Source: Anthoceros angustus | Lineage: Eukaryota > Plantae > Anthocerotophyta | DNA length: 64,000 nucleotides | Assembly: GCA_010909165.1 (NCBI GenBank) | Contig: MU008154.1 | Coordinates: forward strand, 719,682 to 783,681 | Direction of reading: 5' to 3' | Shown here: piece after piece, positions 1 to 12,113 of the stretch | How the letters are laid out: each line of letters opens with the position of its first letter | Position numbering within the stretch: the stretch's first letter is position 1 | Made by a program: the position numbers and the translations under genes | Notes under the pieces: generated by a model | The model's database searches: none | What the model saw: only the letters and a program-made list of their open reading frames with translations | What the model was told of the DNA's origin: nothing

Positions 1-59
1 CAATTTGGGGTTTATGGCAAGTGCAAAAGGTTTCGGAGAAACCCTTTCTACCCGACGCT

Positions 60-330
60 ATTCTGGTAGAAACCCATGGGAGTTAATGATATCGATCCCC
101 TTGCTCCTTCTTGTCACTGGTAACACAATATCAGCGGACGATTCGCCGTGCATTGAACTTGAGAATTTATGGTCTTGGTAATGACATTGTTGCACCACTT
201 GTGGCTGCAAAGGAGTTTCTCAATAGGCTAGAGGTCGATGTGGTCGCTGCTCGAGCCGCTTGGAAAGGATGGTAGAGACCGCATATTGATTATGACTTTT
301 CACTCCATGGATGATCGCCTCCAGTTATGA
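60..330 (+). pseudogene. RRM-like ORF remnant resembling non-LTR retrotransposon ORF1 RRM (also 4255-4526, ~8400-8654, 14465-14720 minus)
   Basis: Consensus peptide IYGLGNDIVAPLVAAKEFLNRLEVDVVAAR.LGKDGRDRILIMTFHSMDDRLQL* follows the IxGL..(A)RxLG..R.ILxxF pattern of LINE ORF1 RRM. Recognised by eye only. Confidence 0.3.
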
Positions 331-628
331 AGGCTAGGTCTATGTTACAGACTAGGTTATATATCAATCGATCTTACACCATTGCAATGGAAGATTAAGA
401 AGGAGAAGTTACCGCCGAGCTGCTGCAAGTCAACGGCTTTCTTTCATGGGGATGAATTTGTGGTGTTTAGCCCTCGCTCATGCATTTCATTAACATTATT
501 GATTGATTGAAGATTATTTGTCTTGTTTGAATTTTACCTTTGCATTCGTCTAGACCATTTTACCGCAATCTATGTAGTTGCCATATTTCAATCCTATGAA
601 AGATCCGTCCTTAGTGGACTTGAATAAA

Positions 629-706
629 TTTCTTCTTCTTCTTCTTCATCTTCTTCTTCTTGTTCTTCTTGTTCTTCTTCTCTTCTTCTTCTTCCTCTTC
701 TTCTTG

Positions 707-751
<45 letters not shown>

Positions 752-791
752 ATCTTCTTCTTCTCTTCTTCTTCTTCCTCTTCTTCTTCTT
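629..791. repeat. Compound (CTT/CAT/GTT/CCT)n microsatellite of the cassette (also 4824-4973, 8956-9105, 9441-9500; GAA form 14034-14168)
   Basis: Directly visible trinucleotide tract. Confidence 0.98.
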
Positions 792-994
792 ACAGTTATT
801 AATTGTATTTAGAAAACTATGAAACTTCTTCACCTCTAGGTATTGTATGTATACATGTTTAGTATAGTGATTATTTTTCACTAGCATAGTAAATAAAAAT
901 TATTTATTTAATTATTTATGTATGCTATTCTTTGCAACAACAAAGAAACATACAACCATATTACATACATATCAGGCCCTTCTTGTTTCCACCT

Positions 995-2089
995 TTAAAT
1001 TTGCATACTAAATTGTGCTAACATGAAGTCTTGCGATATGCAATCTCGCATCACTTGACCATGGTACACATCTAGCTCCGCATCCAAGACCTCTGCACTT
1101 TTGACTATGGCGGGTGGTTGGCTACCTCCTCTTCCTATAACATGTGCCGCCACACTCCCATTTGGGGGTCGTTGGTTTGCCGCTTGTATTATCATTCGCA
1201 TATCAATTGCCTCAATGGTCATTGGTTTGCCATCAAGATCCAAGTGGTTGTTTGGCTTAGTGGTTCGGAGCTTTTGAGAGAACCACAATAAGTAGGGTTG
1301 CAACAAAGTCGTGGCTCAAGTATCACAAAGTTAGAGACTTCAACTTAAACCGTGAGACAAGATCAAACAACAAAATCCAAATGTAAAATTGAAGTTCAAA
1401 ACCGCCCAATCATATATCGACAAGCTAGGCACAAGTAACACTAAATATGCACAAGTTCCACTAAGTACTTAAGCATCTAACTGCACACCAAAGTGTGTAG
1501 TTACAAACCTTGGAGGTTAAGTAGGGTGCGATTCGTCTTGCTGCTTATCTAAGTCGTGTGTCAACACCTCCGAGCCCCGCCTCGAGAACCTCTCCTCTGC
1601 CAGATTCGTCCGCATTGGATGACGAGCACCGCCACGCCTTGCTTTCTTTTATTGAGCTTGATCAAGTCATCAAGACTCAATTTGCCTTCCTTAGCGCAAC
1701 GGTTCCATACATATGGTGACCGCCACCGTGGTCCTTTGCCTTAAGCTTGATCAAGTCATGCTTATTCTTTTATTGAGCTTGATCAAGTCATCAAGACTCA
1801 ATTTGCCTTCCTTAGCAGCAGCGGTTTCATGTGGTGACCGCCACCGTGGTCCTTTGCCTTAAGCTTGATCAAGTCATGCTTATTCTTTTATTGAGCTTGA
1901 TCAAGTCATCAAGACTCAATTGTTAGCCATGCATGTGGTGACCGCCACCGTGGTCCTTTGCCTTAAGCTTGATCAAGTCATCCACATTCTTTTATTGAGC
2001 TTGATCAAGTCATCAAGACTTAGATGACCACAACGTTGTCTTAGGTCCTCGAGCAACTCATAATTATTGCTTGGTCGCGAGGAATTCAT
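995..2089 (-). CDS. Cassette multi-SLDDLIK gene, copy A (4 LSLDD repeats)
   Basis: Exon B ORF 995-1306; exon A homologous to copy B with one extra 117-bp repeat. Confidence 0.45.
1645..2022. repeat. ~117-120 bp repeats containing the palindrome CTTGATCAAG twice per unit (4 units in copy A, 3 in B, C, D, F)
   Basis: GAGCTTGATCAAGTCATCAAGACT recurs near 1654, 1774, 1893 and 1996, alternating with AAGCTTGATCAAGTCAT. Confidence 0.95.
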
Positions 2090-2225
2090 TATTGCTTGGA
2101 TGTTTGTGCTCTATAATGTATTTAAAATTGGTCAATATGGATTATTTTTGTGAAAATATATTCAACCGTGGTGGTTGCTCTCAATATCCTAGGCAAATCA
2201 ATTGTTAACCGTTGCAAGGATGAGC

Positions 2226-2540
2226 AATTTTACCGACCACTTATTGTTTGATAGATGTTCAATTTTATAGACCACTTATTGTTTGATAGATGTTCAATTT
2301 TATAGACCACTTATTGTTTGATAGATGTTCAATTTTATAGACCACTTATTGTTTGATAGATGTTCAATTTTATAGACCACTTATTGTTTGATAGATGTTC
2401 AATTTTATAGACCACTTATTGTTTGATAGATGTTCAATTTTATAGACCACTTATTGTTTGATAGATGTTCAATTTTACCGAGCACTTATTGTTTGATAGA
2501 TGTTCAATTTTATACACCACTTATTGTTTGATAGATGTTC
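2226..2540. repeat. 35-bp minisatellite GACCACTTATTGTTTGATAGATGTTCAATTTTATA, 9 copies (11 at 6322-6693, 9 at 10826-11140, ~11 inverted at 12337-12718, ~9 at 40147-40459)
   Basis: Exact 35-bp periodicity (TTATT at 2241, 2276 ... 2521); no spacers. Confidence 0.98.
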
Positions 2541-2690
2541 CTGAGGTGGAACGTAGCGAGGATGAGCAACTTAACAAACCACTTCTTGTTAGGCTTTCCT
2601 AAGGTGCAACGTTGCGAAGGTGGGCAACTCAACCAACCACTTAGATGATGGCTCCTTTATAGATGACCTTGAATACTAGATACTATACAG

Positions 2691-2880
2691 GGATATTTGA
2701 TATTTCCTTTCTAGCATCTTCAAATTGTTTTTTCTTGTGATAGGTACTATAAATGGATATTTGATATTTCCTTTATGGCACGTTCAAGTTGTTTTTCTTG
2801 TAATACATACTATTAATGGATATATGATATTTCCTTTCCAAAGATGTTCTAATTGTTTTTCTTGTGGTAGCGATATTATA
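2691..2880. repeat. Three degenerate ~64-bp repeats (GGATATTTGATATTTCCTTT...TTGTTTTTCTTGT) in each cassette copy
   Basis: Motif at ~2691, 2755 and 2819. Confidence 0.85.
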
Positions 2881-4942
2881 TTTATATTTGGTATTTTCTT
2901 TTGTGGTATCTTTGAATTTCTTTCACGCTCGTATTGGTCCATCTTAGTAACAAAATGGCATGGTTGTGCAACTTAATAATTAAGTCTCCTCACTTGCCTT
3001 CTTAATGTACAACATGTCAATTGGAGAACTAAACTACACCAAATGTAGGAATAGAAGTTGATGTGGAATAGTTACCACACGTGATTAGACAAAGGCATTT
3101 GTTTCGTTCCTTGATGAACTTTGTGACGTGAACTAAGCAATGTCATGCCTAACACTTCAGCCCAAATGTGGTAACATGGTCATAGTTTTAACCTTATTAA
3201 TGTTATGAATTGCGCTAAACTTACGTCAACTTAAGGCTGGCCTTGATTGCCACGAACCTTTATGTTGAAGCTCACGATGGCCTCCCAAAGCTTCTTACTA
3301 AGGGCTGTCCATGGCATTCAAACCTTCATCAAAAGGAGCCATTCAGATATCTAGTTTGTGACCGAAATCTTTATCAAGGTGCCCAATATTGCAAGGCAAG
3401 CGGCAATTAGGAGACCCCAATACTTTAGTGTAGATGAGACCATCCAATTTGTACACTTTACATAAAGAACTACTCATCATATTATGATTTCAAGGATGAT
3501 TTCAAGGACTATCAAACAAAACAAAACAAAACCTAGACTTGTAGGATAAGAGGTTAGTCGAGAGACTTTGCGTTGTGGAATAGCAGGTTTGACCTACTTT
3601 GGGCTTTTCTTGTGAATACATAAGCATTGGGATTCTCATCTTATCTCCATTTTCAAATTTCATGGCCAAACGGAAAAAACATTACTACAATAATATAAAT
3701 TAAACCACTAGCACAACAAAATTAAGGCATAATAAAGCAAAAAAGAATAAAACATAAAACATAAAACAAAACAAAACCTCAAACAACGGCAAAACAATAG
3801 AGAGAACCTTGTGCATCTTTTGAATCTTTAGACATTTGGCTTGGGCTCCAAGTGCACACCATACCACTTATTGTTTTTCTTGTGAATCAAGAAGAGCATC
3901 GGTCAAGGAAGATATTATTGTGCCAAATGTCTAAGAAACAAAGTCTTGTAGGATTCCAAAAAAGAGTATAGTCTTAGGATTGGTGATGCAGTGAAAGGTT
4001 GATAAAACAAGTTTGCACACCAAAATCACAGCAAGCCCTAAACACTCTAAATGTTTGTACGTCGGATTGTGAGAATGACCTTCTTTAGGAAGGCTCAAAA
4101 TTGGATAAAAATTGAAAATCATGCGTTGTGCACACGTAAACAAGACCTAAACTATTCAAAATGGTCTTTTTAGTGCGGATTTTTAGCATGCAATTTGGGG
4201 TTTGCGCCTCCGTGTGCAAAATTCGAGAAACCCCTACCCACGACGTAGAAACCCATGGAGTTAATGATATCGATCCCCGCTCCTTCTTGTCCCGGTGGTA
4301 ACACAATATCGGCGAAGGTTCGCCGTGCATTGAACTTGAGAATTTATGGTCTTGGTAATGACATTGTTGCACCACTTGTGGCTGCAAAGGAGTTTCTCAA
4401 TAGGCTAGAGGTCGATGTGGTTTGCCATCAAGATCCAAGTGGTTGTTTGGCTTGGAAAGGATCTTTGGTAGAGACCGCATATTGATTATGACTTTTCACT
4501 CCATGGATGATCGCCTCCAGTTATGAAGGCTAGGTCTATGTTACGACCTTTTATATATCAATACCGATCTTACACCATTGCAATGGAAGATTAAGAAGGT
4601 TACACCTTTTCATCGTCTGCAAGTCAACGGCTTTTCTTTCATGGGGATGAATTTGTGGTGTTTAGCCCTCGTTCATGCATTTCATTAACATTATTGATTG
4701 ATTGAAGATTATTTGTCTTGTTTGAATTTTACCTTTGCATTCGTCTAGACCATTTTACCGCAATCTATGTAGTTGCCATATTTCAATCCTATGAAAGATC
4801 CGTCCTTAGTGGACTTGAATAAATTTCTTCTTCTCTTCATCTTCTTCTTCTTGTTGTTCTTGTTGTTGTTGTTCTTCTTCTTCTTCCTCTTCATCTTCTT
4901 GTTCTTCTTCTTCCTTCTTCTTCTTCTTCTTCTTCTTCTTCA

Positions 4943-4973
<31 letters not shown>

Positions 4974-5175
4974 ACAGTTATTAATTGTATTTAGAAAACT
5001 ATGAAACTTCTTCACCTCTAGGTATTGTATGTATACATGTTTAGTATAGTGATTATTTTTCACTAGCATAGTAAATAAAAATTATTTATTTAATTATTTA
5101 TGTATGCTATTCTTTGCAACAACAAAGAAACATACAACCATATTACATACATATCAGCCCTTCTTGTTTCCACCT

Positions 5176-6186
5176 TTAAATTTGCATACTAAATTGTGCT
5201 AACATGAAGTCTTGCGATATGCAATCTCGCATCACTTGACCATGGTACACATCTAGCTCCGCATCCAAGACCTCTGCACTTTTGACTATGGCAGGAGGTC
5301 GTTGGCTACCTCCTCTTCCTATAACATGTGCCGCCACACTCCCATTTGGGGGTCGTTGGTTTGCCGCTTGTATTATCATTCGCATATCAATTGCCTCAAT
5401 GGTCATTGGTTTGCCATCAAGATCCAAGTGGTTGTTTGGCTTAGTGGTTCGACGAGCTTTCTGCAGTAAGAGAACCACAATAACCGTTAGGGTTGCAACA
5501 AAGTCAGGGCTCAAGTATCACAAAGTTAGAGACTTCAACTTAAACTGTGAGACAAGATCAAACAACAAAATCCAAATGTAAAAATTGAAGTTCAAAACCG
5601 CCCAATCATATATCGACAAGCTAGGGCACAAGTAACACTAAATATGCACAAGTTCCACTAAGTACTTAAGCATCTAACCTGGCACACCAAAGTGTGTAGT
5701 TACAAACCTTGGAGGTTAAGTAGGGTGCATTCGTCTTGCTACACGGTTATCTCAGAAGTCGTGTCAACACCTCCGAGCCCCGAGAACCTCTCGTCCTGGC
5801 AACAATTGCGTCCGCATTGGATGACGAGCACCGCCACGCCTTGCTTTCTTTTATTGAGCTTGATCAAGTCATCAAGACTCAATTGCCTTCCTTAGCGCAA
5901 CGGTTCCATACATATGGTGACCGCCACCGTGGTCCTTTGCCTTAAGCTTGATCAAGTCATGCTTATTCTTTTATTGAGCTTGATCAAGTCATCAAGACTC
6001 AATTGCCTTCCTTAGCAGCGGTTTCATGCATGTGGTGACCGCCACCGTGGTCCTTTGCCTTAAGCTTGATCAAGTCATCCACATTCTTTTATTGAGCTTG
6101 ATCAAGTCATCAAGACTTAGATGACCACAACGTTGTCTTAGGTCCTCGAGCAACTCATAATTATTGCTTGGTCGCGAGGAATTCAT
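5176..6186 (-). CDS. Putative 2-exon cassette gene (exon A 6186-5708, intron 5707-5461, exon B 5460-5176), ~250 aa, with repeated LSLDDLIKLNKK motifs (copy B)
   Basis: ATG AAT TCC start; donor AAG|GTTTGT; T-rich intron ending TTCTCTTACTGCAG|; exon B KARRTTKPNNHLDLDGKPMTIEAIDMRMII...QFSMQI* in phase 0. U-rich 3' region with AATAAA follows. Homopolymer indels interrupt exon A in this copy. Confidence 0.5.
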
Positions 6187-9100
6187 TATTGCTTGGATGT
6201 TTGTGCTCTATAATGTATTTAAAATTGGTCAATATGGATTATTTTTGTGAAAATATATTCAACCGTGGTGGTTGCTCTCAATATCCTAGGCAAATCAATT
6301 GTTAACCGTTGCAAGGATGAGCAATTTTACCACTTATTGTTTGATAGATGTTCAATTTTACCGACCACTTATTGTTTGATAGATGTTCAATTTTATAGAC
6401 CACTTATTGTTTGATAGATGTTCAATTTTATGGACCACTTATTGTTTGATAGATGTTCAATTTTATAGACCACTTATTGTTTGATAGATGTTCAATTTTA
6501 TGACCACTTATTGTTTGATAGATGTTCAATTTTACCACTTATTGTTTGATAGATGTTCAATTTTACCACTTATTGTTTGATAGATGTTCAATTTTATACA
6601 CCACTTATTGTTTGATAGATGTTCAATTTTACGAGCACTTATTGTTTGATAGATGTTCAATTTTATACACCACTTATTGTTTGATAGATGTTCACGAGGT
6701 GGAGCGTGGCGAGGATGAGCAACTTAACAAACCACTTCTTGTTAGGCTTTCCTAAGGTGCAACGCGTTGAAGGTGGGCAACTCAACCAACCACTTAGATG
6801 ATGGCTCCTTTATAGATGACCTTGAATACTAGATACTATACAGGATATTTGATATTTCCTTTCTAGCATCTTCAAATTGTTTTCTTGTGATAGGTACTAT
6901 AAATGGATATTTGATATTTCCTTTATGGCACGTTCAAGTTGTTTTCTTGTAATACATACTATTAATGGATATATGATATTTCCTTTCCAAAGATGTTCTA
7001 ATTGTTTTCTTGTGGTAGCGATATTATATTTATATTTGGTATTTTCTTTTGTGGTATCTTTGAATTTCTTTCACGCTCGTATTGGTCCATCTTAGTAACA
7101 AAATGGCATGGTTGTGCAACTTAATAATTAAGTCTCCTCACCTTGCCTTCTTAATGTACAACATGTCAATTGGAGAACTAAACTACACCAAATCTTTGTA
7201 GGAATAGAAGTTGATGTGGGAAATAGTTACCACACGTGATTAGACAAAGGCATTTGTTTCGTTCCTTGATGAACTTTGTGACGTGAACTAAGCAATGTCA
7301 TGCCTAACACTTCAGCCCAAATGTGGTAACATGGTCATAGTTTTAACCTTATTAATGTTATGAATTGCGTGCTAAACTTACGTCAACTTAAGGCTGGCCT
7401 TGATTGCCACGAACCTTTATGTTGAAGCTCACGATGGCCTCCCAAAACTGCTTCTTACTAAGGGCTGTCCATGGCATTCAAACCTTCATCAAAAGGAGCC
7501 ATTCGTATATCTAGTTTGCGCACGAAATCTTTATCAAGGTGCCCAATATTGCAAGGCAAGCGGCAATTAGGAGACCCCAATACTTTAGTGTAGATGAGAC
7601 CATCCAATTTGTACACTTTACATAAAGAACTACTCATCATATTATGATTTCAAGGATGATTTCAAGGACTATCAAACTACGTGAGCGGAAAAACAAACCT
7701 AGACTTGTAGGATAAGAGGTTAGTCGAGAGAGACTTTGCGTTGTGGAATAGGTGGTTTGACCTACTTTGGGCTTTTCTTGTGAATACATAAGCATTGGGA
7801 TTCTCATCTTATCTCCATTTTCAAATTTCATGGCCAAACGGAAAAAACATTACTACAATAATATAAATTAAACCACTAGCACAACAAAATTAAGGCATAA
7901 TAAAGCAAAAAGAATAAAACATAAAACATAAAACAAAACAAACCTCAAACAACGGCAAAACAATAGAGAGAACCTTGTGCATCTTTTGAATCTTTAGACA
8001 TTTGGCTTGGGCTCCAAGTGCACACCATACCACTTTGTTGTTCTTCTTCTTGTGAATCAAGAAGAGCATCGGTCAAGGAAGATATTATTGTGCCAAATGT
8101 CTAAGAAACAAAGTCTTGTAGGATTAGCGAGTATAGTCTTAGGATTGAACAGTGAAAGGTTGATAAAACAAGTTTGCACACCAAAATCACAGAAGCCCTA
8201 AACACTCTAAATGTTTGTACAGGCATTGTGAGAATGACCTTCTTTAGGAAGGCTCAAAATTGGATAAAAATTGAAAATCAAAACACGTAAACAAGACCTA
8301 AACTATTCAAAATGGTCTTTTTAGTGCGGATTTTTAGCATGCAATTTGGGGTTTCGCAAGTTATGAAGTTCTGGAGAAACCCTTTCTACCCAGACGTAGA
8401 AACCCATGGGAGTTAATGATATCGATCCCCGCTCCTTCTTGTCCCGGTGGTAACACAATATCGGAGATTGCTTACATTATTGAGAATTTATGGTCTTGGT
8501 AATGACATTGTTGCACCACTTGTGGCTGCAAAGGAGTTTCTCAATAGGCTAGAGGTCGATGTGGTCGTTGCTCGAGCCTTGGCTTGGAAAGGATGGTAGA
8601 GACCGCATATTGATTATGACTTTTCACTCCATGGATGATCGCCTCCAGTTATGAAGGCTAGGTCTATGTTACGACGACTCTTATATATCAATCGATCTTA
8701 CACCATTGCAATGGAAGATTAAGAAGGAGAAGTTACTTTCGAGTCTGCTGCAAGTCAACGGCTTTCTTTCATGGGGATGAATTTGTGGTGTTTAGCCCTC
8801 GTTCATGCATTTCATTAACATTATTGATTGATTGAAGATTATTTGTCTTGTTTGAATTTTACCTTTGCATTCGTCTAGACCATTTTACCGCAATCTATGT
8901 AGTTGCCATATTTCAATCCTATGACGAAGATCCGTCCTTAGTGGACTTGAATAAATTTCTTCTTCCTCTTCATCTTCTTCATTTGTTGTTGTTGTTGTTG
9001 TTCTTCTTCTTCTTCCTCTTCATCTTCTTGTTCTTCTTCTTCCTTCTTCTTCTTCTTCTTCTTCTTCTCTCTTCTTCTTCTTCTTCTTCTTCATCTTCTT

Positions 9101-9463
9101 CTTCTTACAGTTATTAATTGTATTTAGAAAACTATGAAACTTCTTCACCTCTAGGTATTGTATGTATACATGTTTAGTATAGTGATTATTTTTCACTAGC
9201 ATAGTAAATAAAAATTATTTATTTAATTATTTATGTATGCTATTCTTTGCAACAACAAAGAAACATACAACCATATTACATACATATCAGGCCCTTCTTG
9301 TTTCCACCTTTAAATTTGCATACTAAATTGTGCTAACATGAAGTCTTGCGATATGCAATCTCGCATCACTTGACCATGGTACACATCTAGCTCCGCATCC
9401 AAGACCTCTGCACTTTTGACTATGGCGGAGGTGGCTACCTCCTCTTCTTCTTCTTCTTCTTCA

Positions 9464-9498
<35 letters not shown>

Positions 9499-9703
9499 TT
9501 ACAGTTATTAATTGTATTTAGAAAACTATGAAACTTCTTCACCTCTAGGTATTGTATGTATACATGTTTAGTATAGTGATTATTTTTCACTAGCATAGTA
9601 AATAAAAATTATTTATTTAATTATTTATGTATGCTATTCTTTGCAACAACAAAGAAACATACAACCATATTACATACATATCAGGCCCTTCTTGTTTCCA
9701 CCT

Positions 9704-10690
9704 TTAAATTTGCATACTAAATTGTGCTAACATGAAGTCTTGCGATATGCAATCTCGCATCACTTGACCATGGTACACATCTAGCTCCGCATCCAAGACC
9801 TCTGCACTTTTGACTATGGCGGAGGTGGCTACCTCCTCTTCCTATAACATGTGCCGCCACACTCCCATTTGGGGTCGTTGGTTTGCCGCTTGTATTATCA
9901 TTCGCATATCAATTGCCTCAATGGTCATTGGTTTGCCATCAAGATCAAGTGGTTGTTTGGCTTAGTGGTTCGAGCTTTCGCAGAAGAGAACCACAATAAG
10001 TAGGGTTGCAACAAAGTCGGGCTCAAGTATCACAAAGTTAGAGACTTCAACTTAAACTGTGAGACAAGATCAAACAACAAAATCCAAATGTAAAATTGAA
10101 GTTCAAAACCGCCCAATCATATATCGACAAGCTAGGCACAAGTAACACTAAATATGCACAAGTTCCACTAAGTACTTAAGCATCTAACTGCACACCAAAG
10201 TGTGTAGTTACAAACCTTGGAGGTTAAGTAGGGTGCGATTCGTCTTGCTACGGTTATCAGTCGTGTGTCAACACCTCCGAGCCCCGCCGAGAACCTCTCG
10301 TCCTTGGCAGCGATTCGTCCGCATTGGATGACGAGCACCGCCACGCCTTGCTTTCTTTTATTGAGCTTGATCAAGTCATCAAGACTCAATTGCCTTCCTT
10401 AGCGCAACGGTTCCATACATATGGTGACCGCCACCGTGGTCCTTTGCCTTAAGCTTGATCAAGTCATGCTTATTCTTTTATTGAGCTTGATCAAGTCATC
10501 AAGACTCAATTGCCTTCCTTAGCGGTTTCATGCATGTGGTGACCGCCACCGTGGTCCTTTGCCTTAAGCTTGATCAAGTCATCCACATTCTTTTATTGAG
10601 CTTGATCAAGTCATCAAGACTTAGATGACCACAACGTTGTCTTAGGTCCTCGAGCAACTCATAATTATTGCTTGGTCGCGAGGAATTCAT
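9704..10690 (-). CDS. Cassette multi-SLDDLIK gene, copy C
   Basis: ORF 10168-10389 reads SLDDLIKLNKRK...RIAPYLTSK|V up to the putative donor at 10216. Confidence 0.45.
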
Positions 10691-12113
10691 TATTGCTTGG
10701 ATGTTTGTGCTCTATAATGTATTTAAAATTGGTCAATATGGATTATTTTTGTGAAAATATATTCAACCGTGGTGGTTGCTCTCAATATCCTAGGCAAATC
10801 AATTGTTAACCGTTGCAAGGATGAGCAATTTTACCGACCACTTATTGTTTGATAGATGTTCAATTTTATAGACCACTTATTGTTTGATAGATGTTCAATT
10901 TTATAGACCACTTATTGTTTGATAGATGTTCAATTTTATAGACCACTTATTGTTTGATAGATGTTCAATTTTACTGACCACTTATTGTTTGATAGATGTT
11001 CAATTTTACCGAGCACTTATTGTTTGATAGATGTTCAATTTTATAGACCACTTATTGTTTGATAGATGTTCAATTTTACCGAGCACTTATTGTTTGATAG
11101 ATGTTCAATTTTATACACCACTTATTGTTTGATAGATGTTCCTGAGGTGGAACGTAGCGAGGATGAGCAACTTAACAAACCACTTCTTGTTAGGCTTTCC
11201 TAAGGTGCAACGCGTTGAAGGTGGGCAACTCAACCAACCACTTAGATGATGGCTCCTTTATAGATGACCTTGAATACTAGATACTATACAGGATATTTGA
11301 TATTTCCTTTCTAGCATCTTCAAATTGTTTTTCTTGTGATAGGTACTATAAATGGATATTTGATATTTCCTTTATGGCACGTTCAAGTTGTTTTTCTTGT
11401 AATACATACTATTAATGGATATATGATATTTCCTTTCCAAAGATGTTCTAATTGTTTTCTTGTGGTAGCGATATTATATTTATATTTGGTATTTTCTTTT
11501 GTGGTATCTTTGAATTTCTTTCACGCTCGTATTGGTCCATCTTAGTAACAAAATGGCATGGTTGTGCAACTTAATAATTAAGTCTCCTCACCTTGCCTTC
11601 TTAATGTACAACATGTCAATTGAGAACTAAACTACACCAAATGCTGTAGGAATAGAAGTTGATGTGGGAAATAGTTACCACACGTGATTAGACAAAGGCA
11701 TTTGTTTCGTTCCTTGATGAACTTTGTGACGTGAACTAAGCAATGTCATGCCTAACACTTCAGCCCAAATGTGGTAACATGGTCATAGTTTTAACCTTAT
11801 TAATGTTATGAATTGCGTGCTAAACTTACGTCAACTTAAGGCTGGCCTTGATTGCCACGAACCTTTTATGTTGAAGCTCACGATGGCCTCCCAAAACTGC
11901 TTCTTACTAAGGGCTGTCCATGGCATTCAAACCTTCATCAAAAGGAGCCATTCGTATATCTAGTTTCGCGGCACCGAAATCTTTATCAAGGTGCCCAATA
12001 TTGCAAGGCGCAAGCGGCAATTAGGAGACCCCAATACTTTAGTGTAGATGAGACCATCCAATTTGTACACTTTACATAAAGAACTACTCATCATATTATG
12101 ATTTCAAGGACTG

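Larger units (their letters stand above)
1..12112. repeat. Head-to-tail tandem array of a ~4.15-4.2 kb cassette (copy A 1-4190, B 4191-8341, C 8342-12112 truncated)
   Basis: The same sequence order recurs. CAATTTGGGG starts at 1, 4191 and 8342, and the CTT tract, 117-bp repeats, 35-bp array and AT-rich blocks follow in the same order in each copy. Confidence 0.97.

Noticed and set aside
2226-2540. 35-bp array as a CRISPR locus
   Set aside because: Units are contiguous with no unique spacers, there are no cas genes, and the context is eukaryotic.
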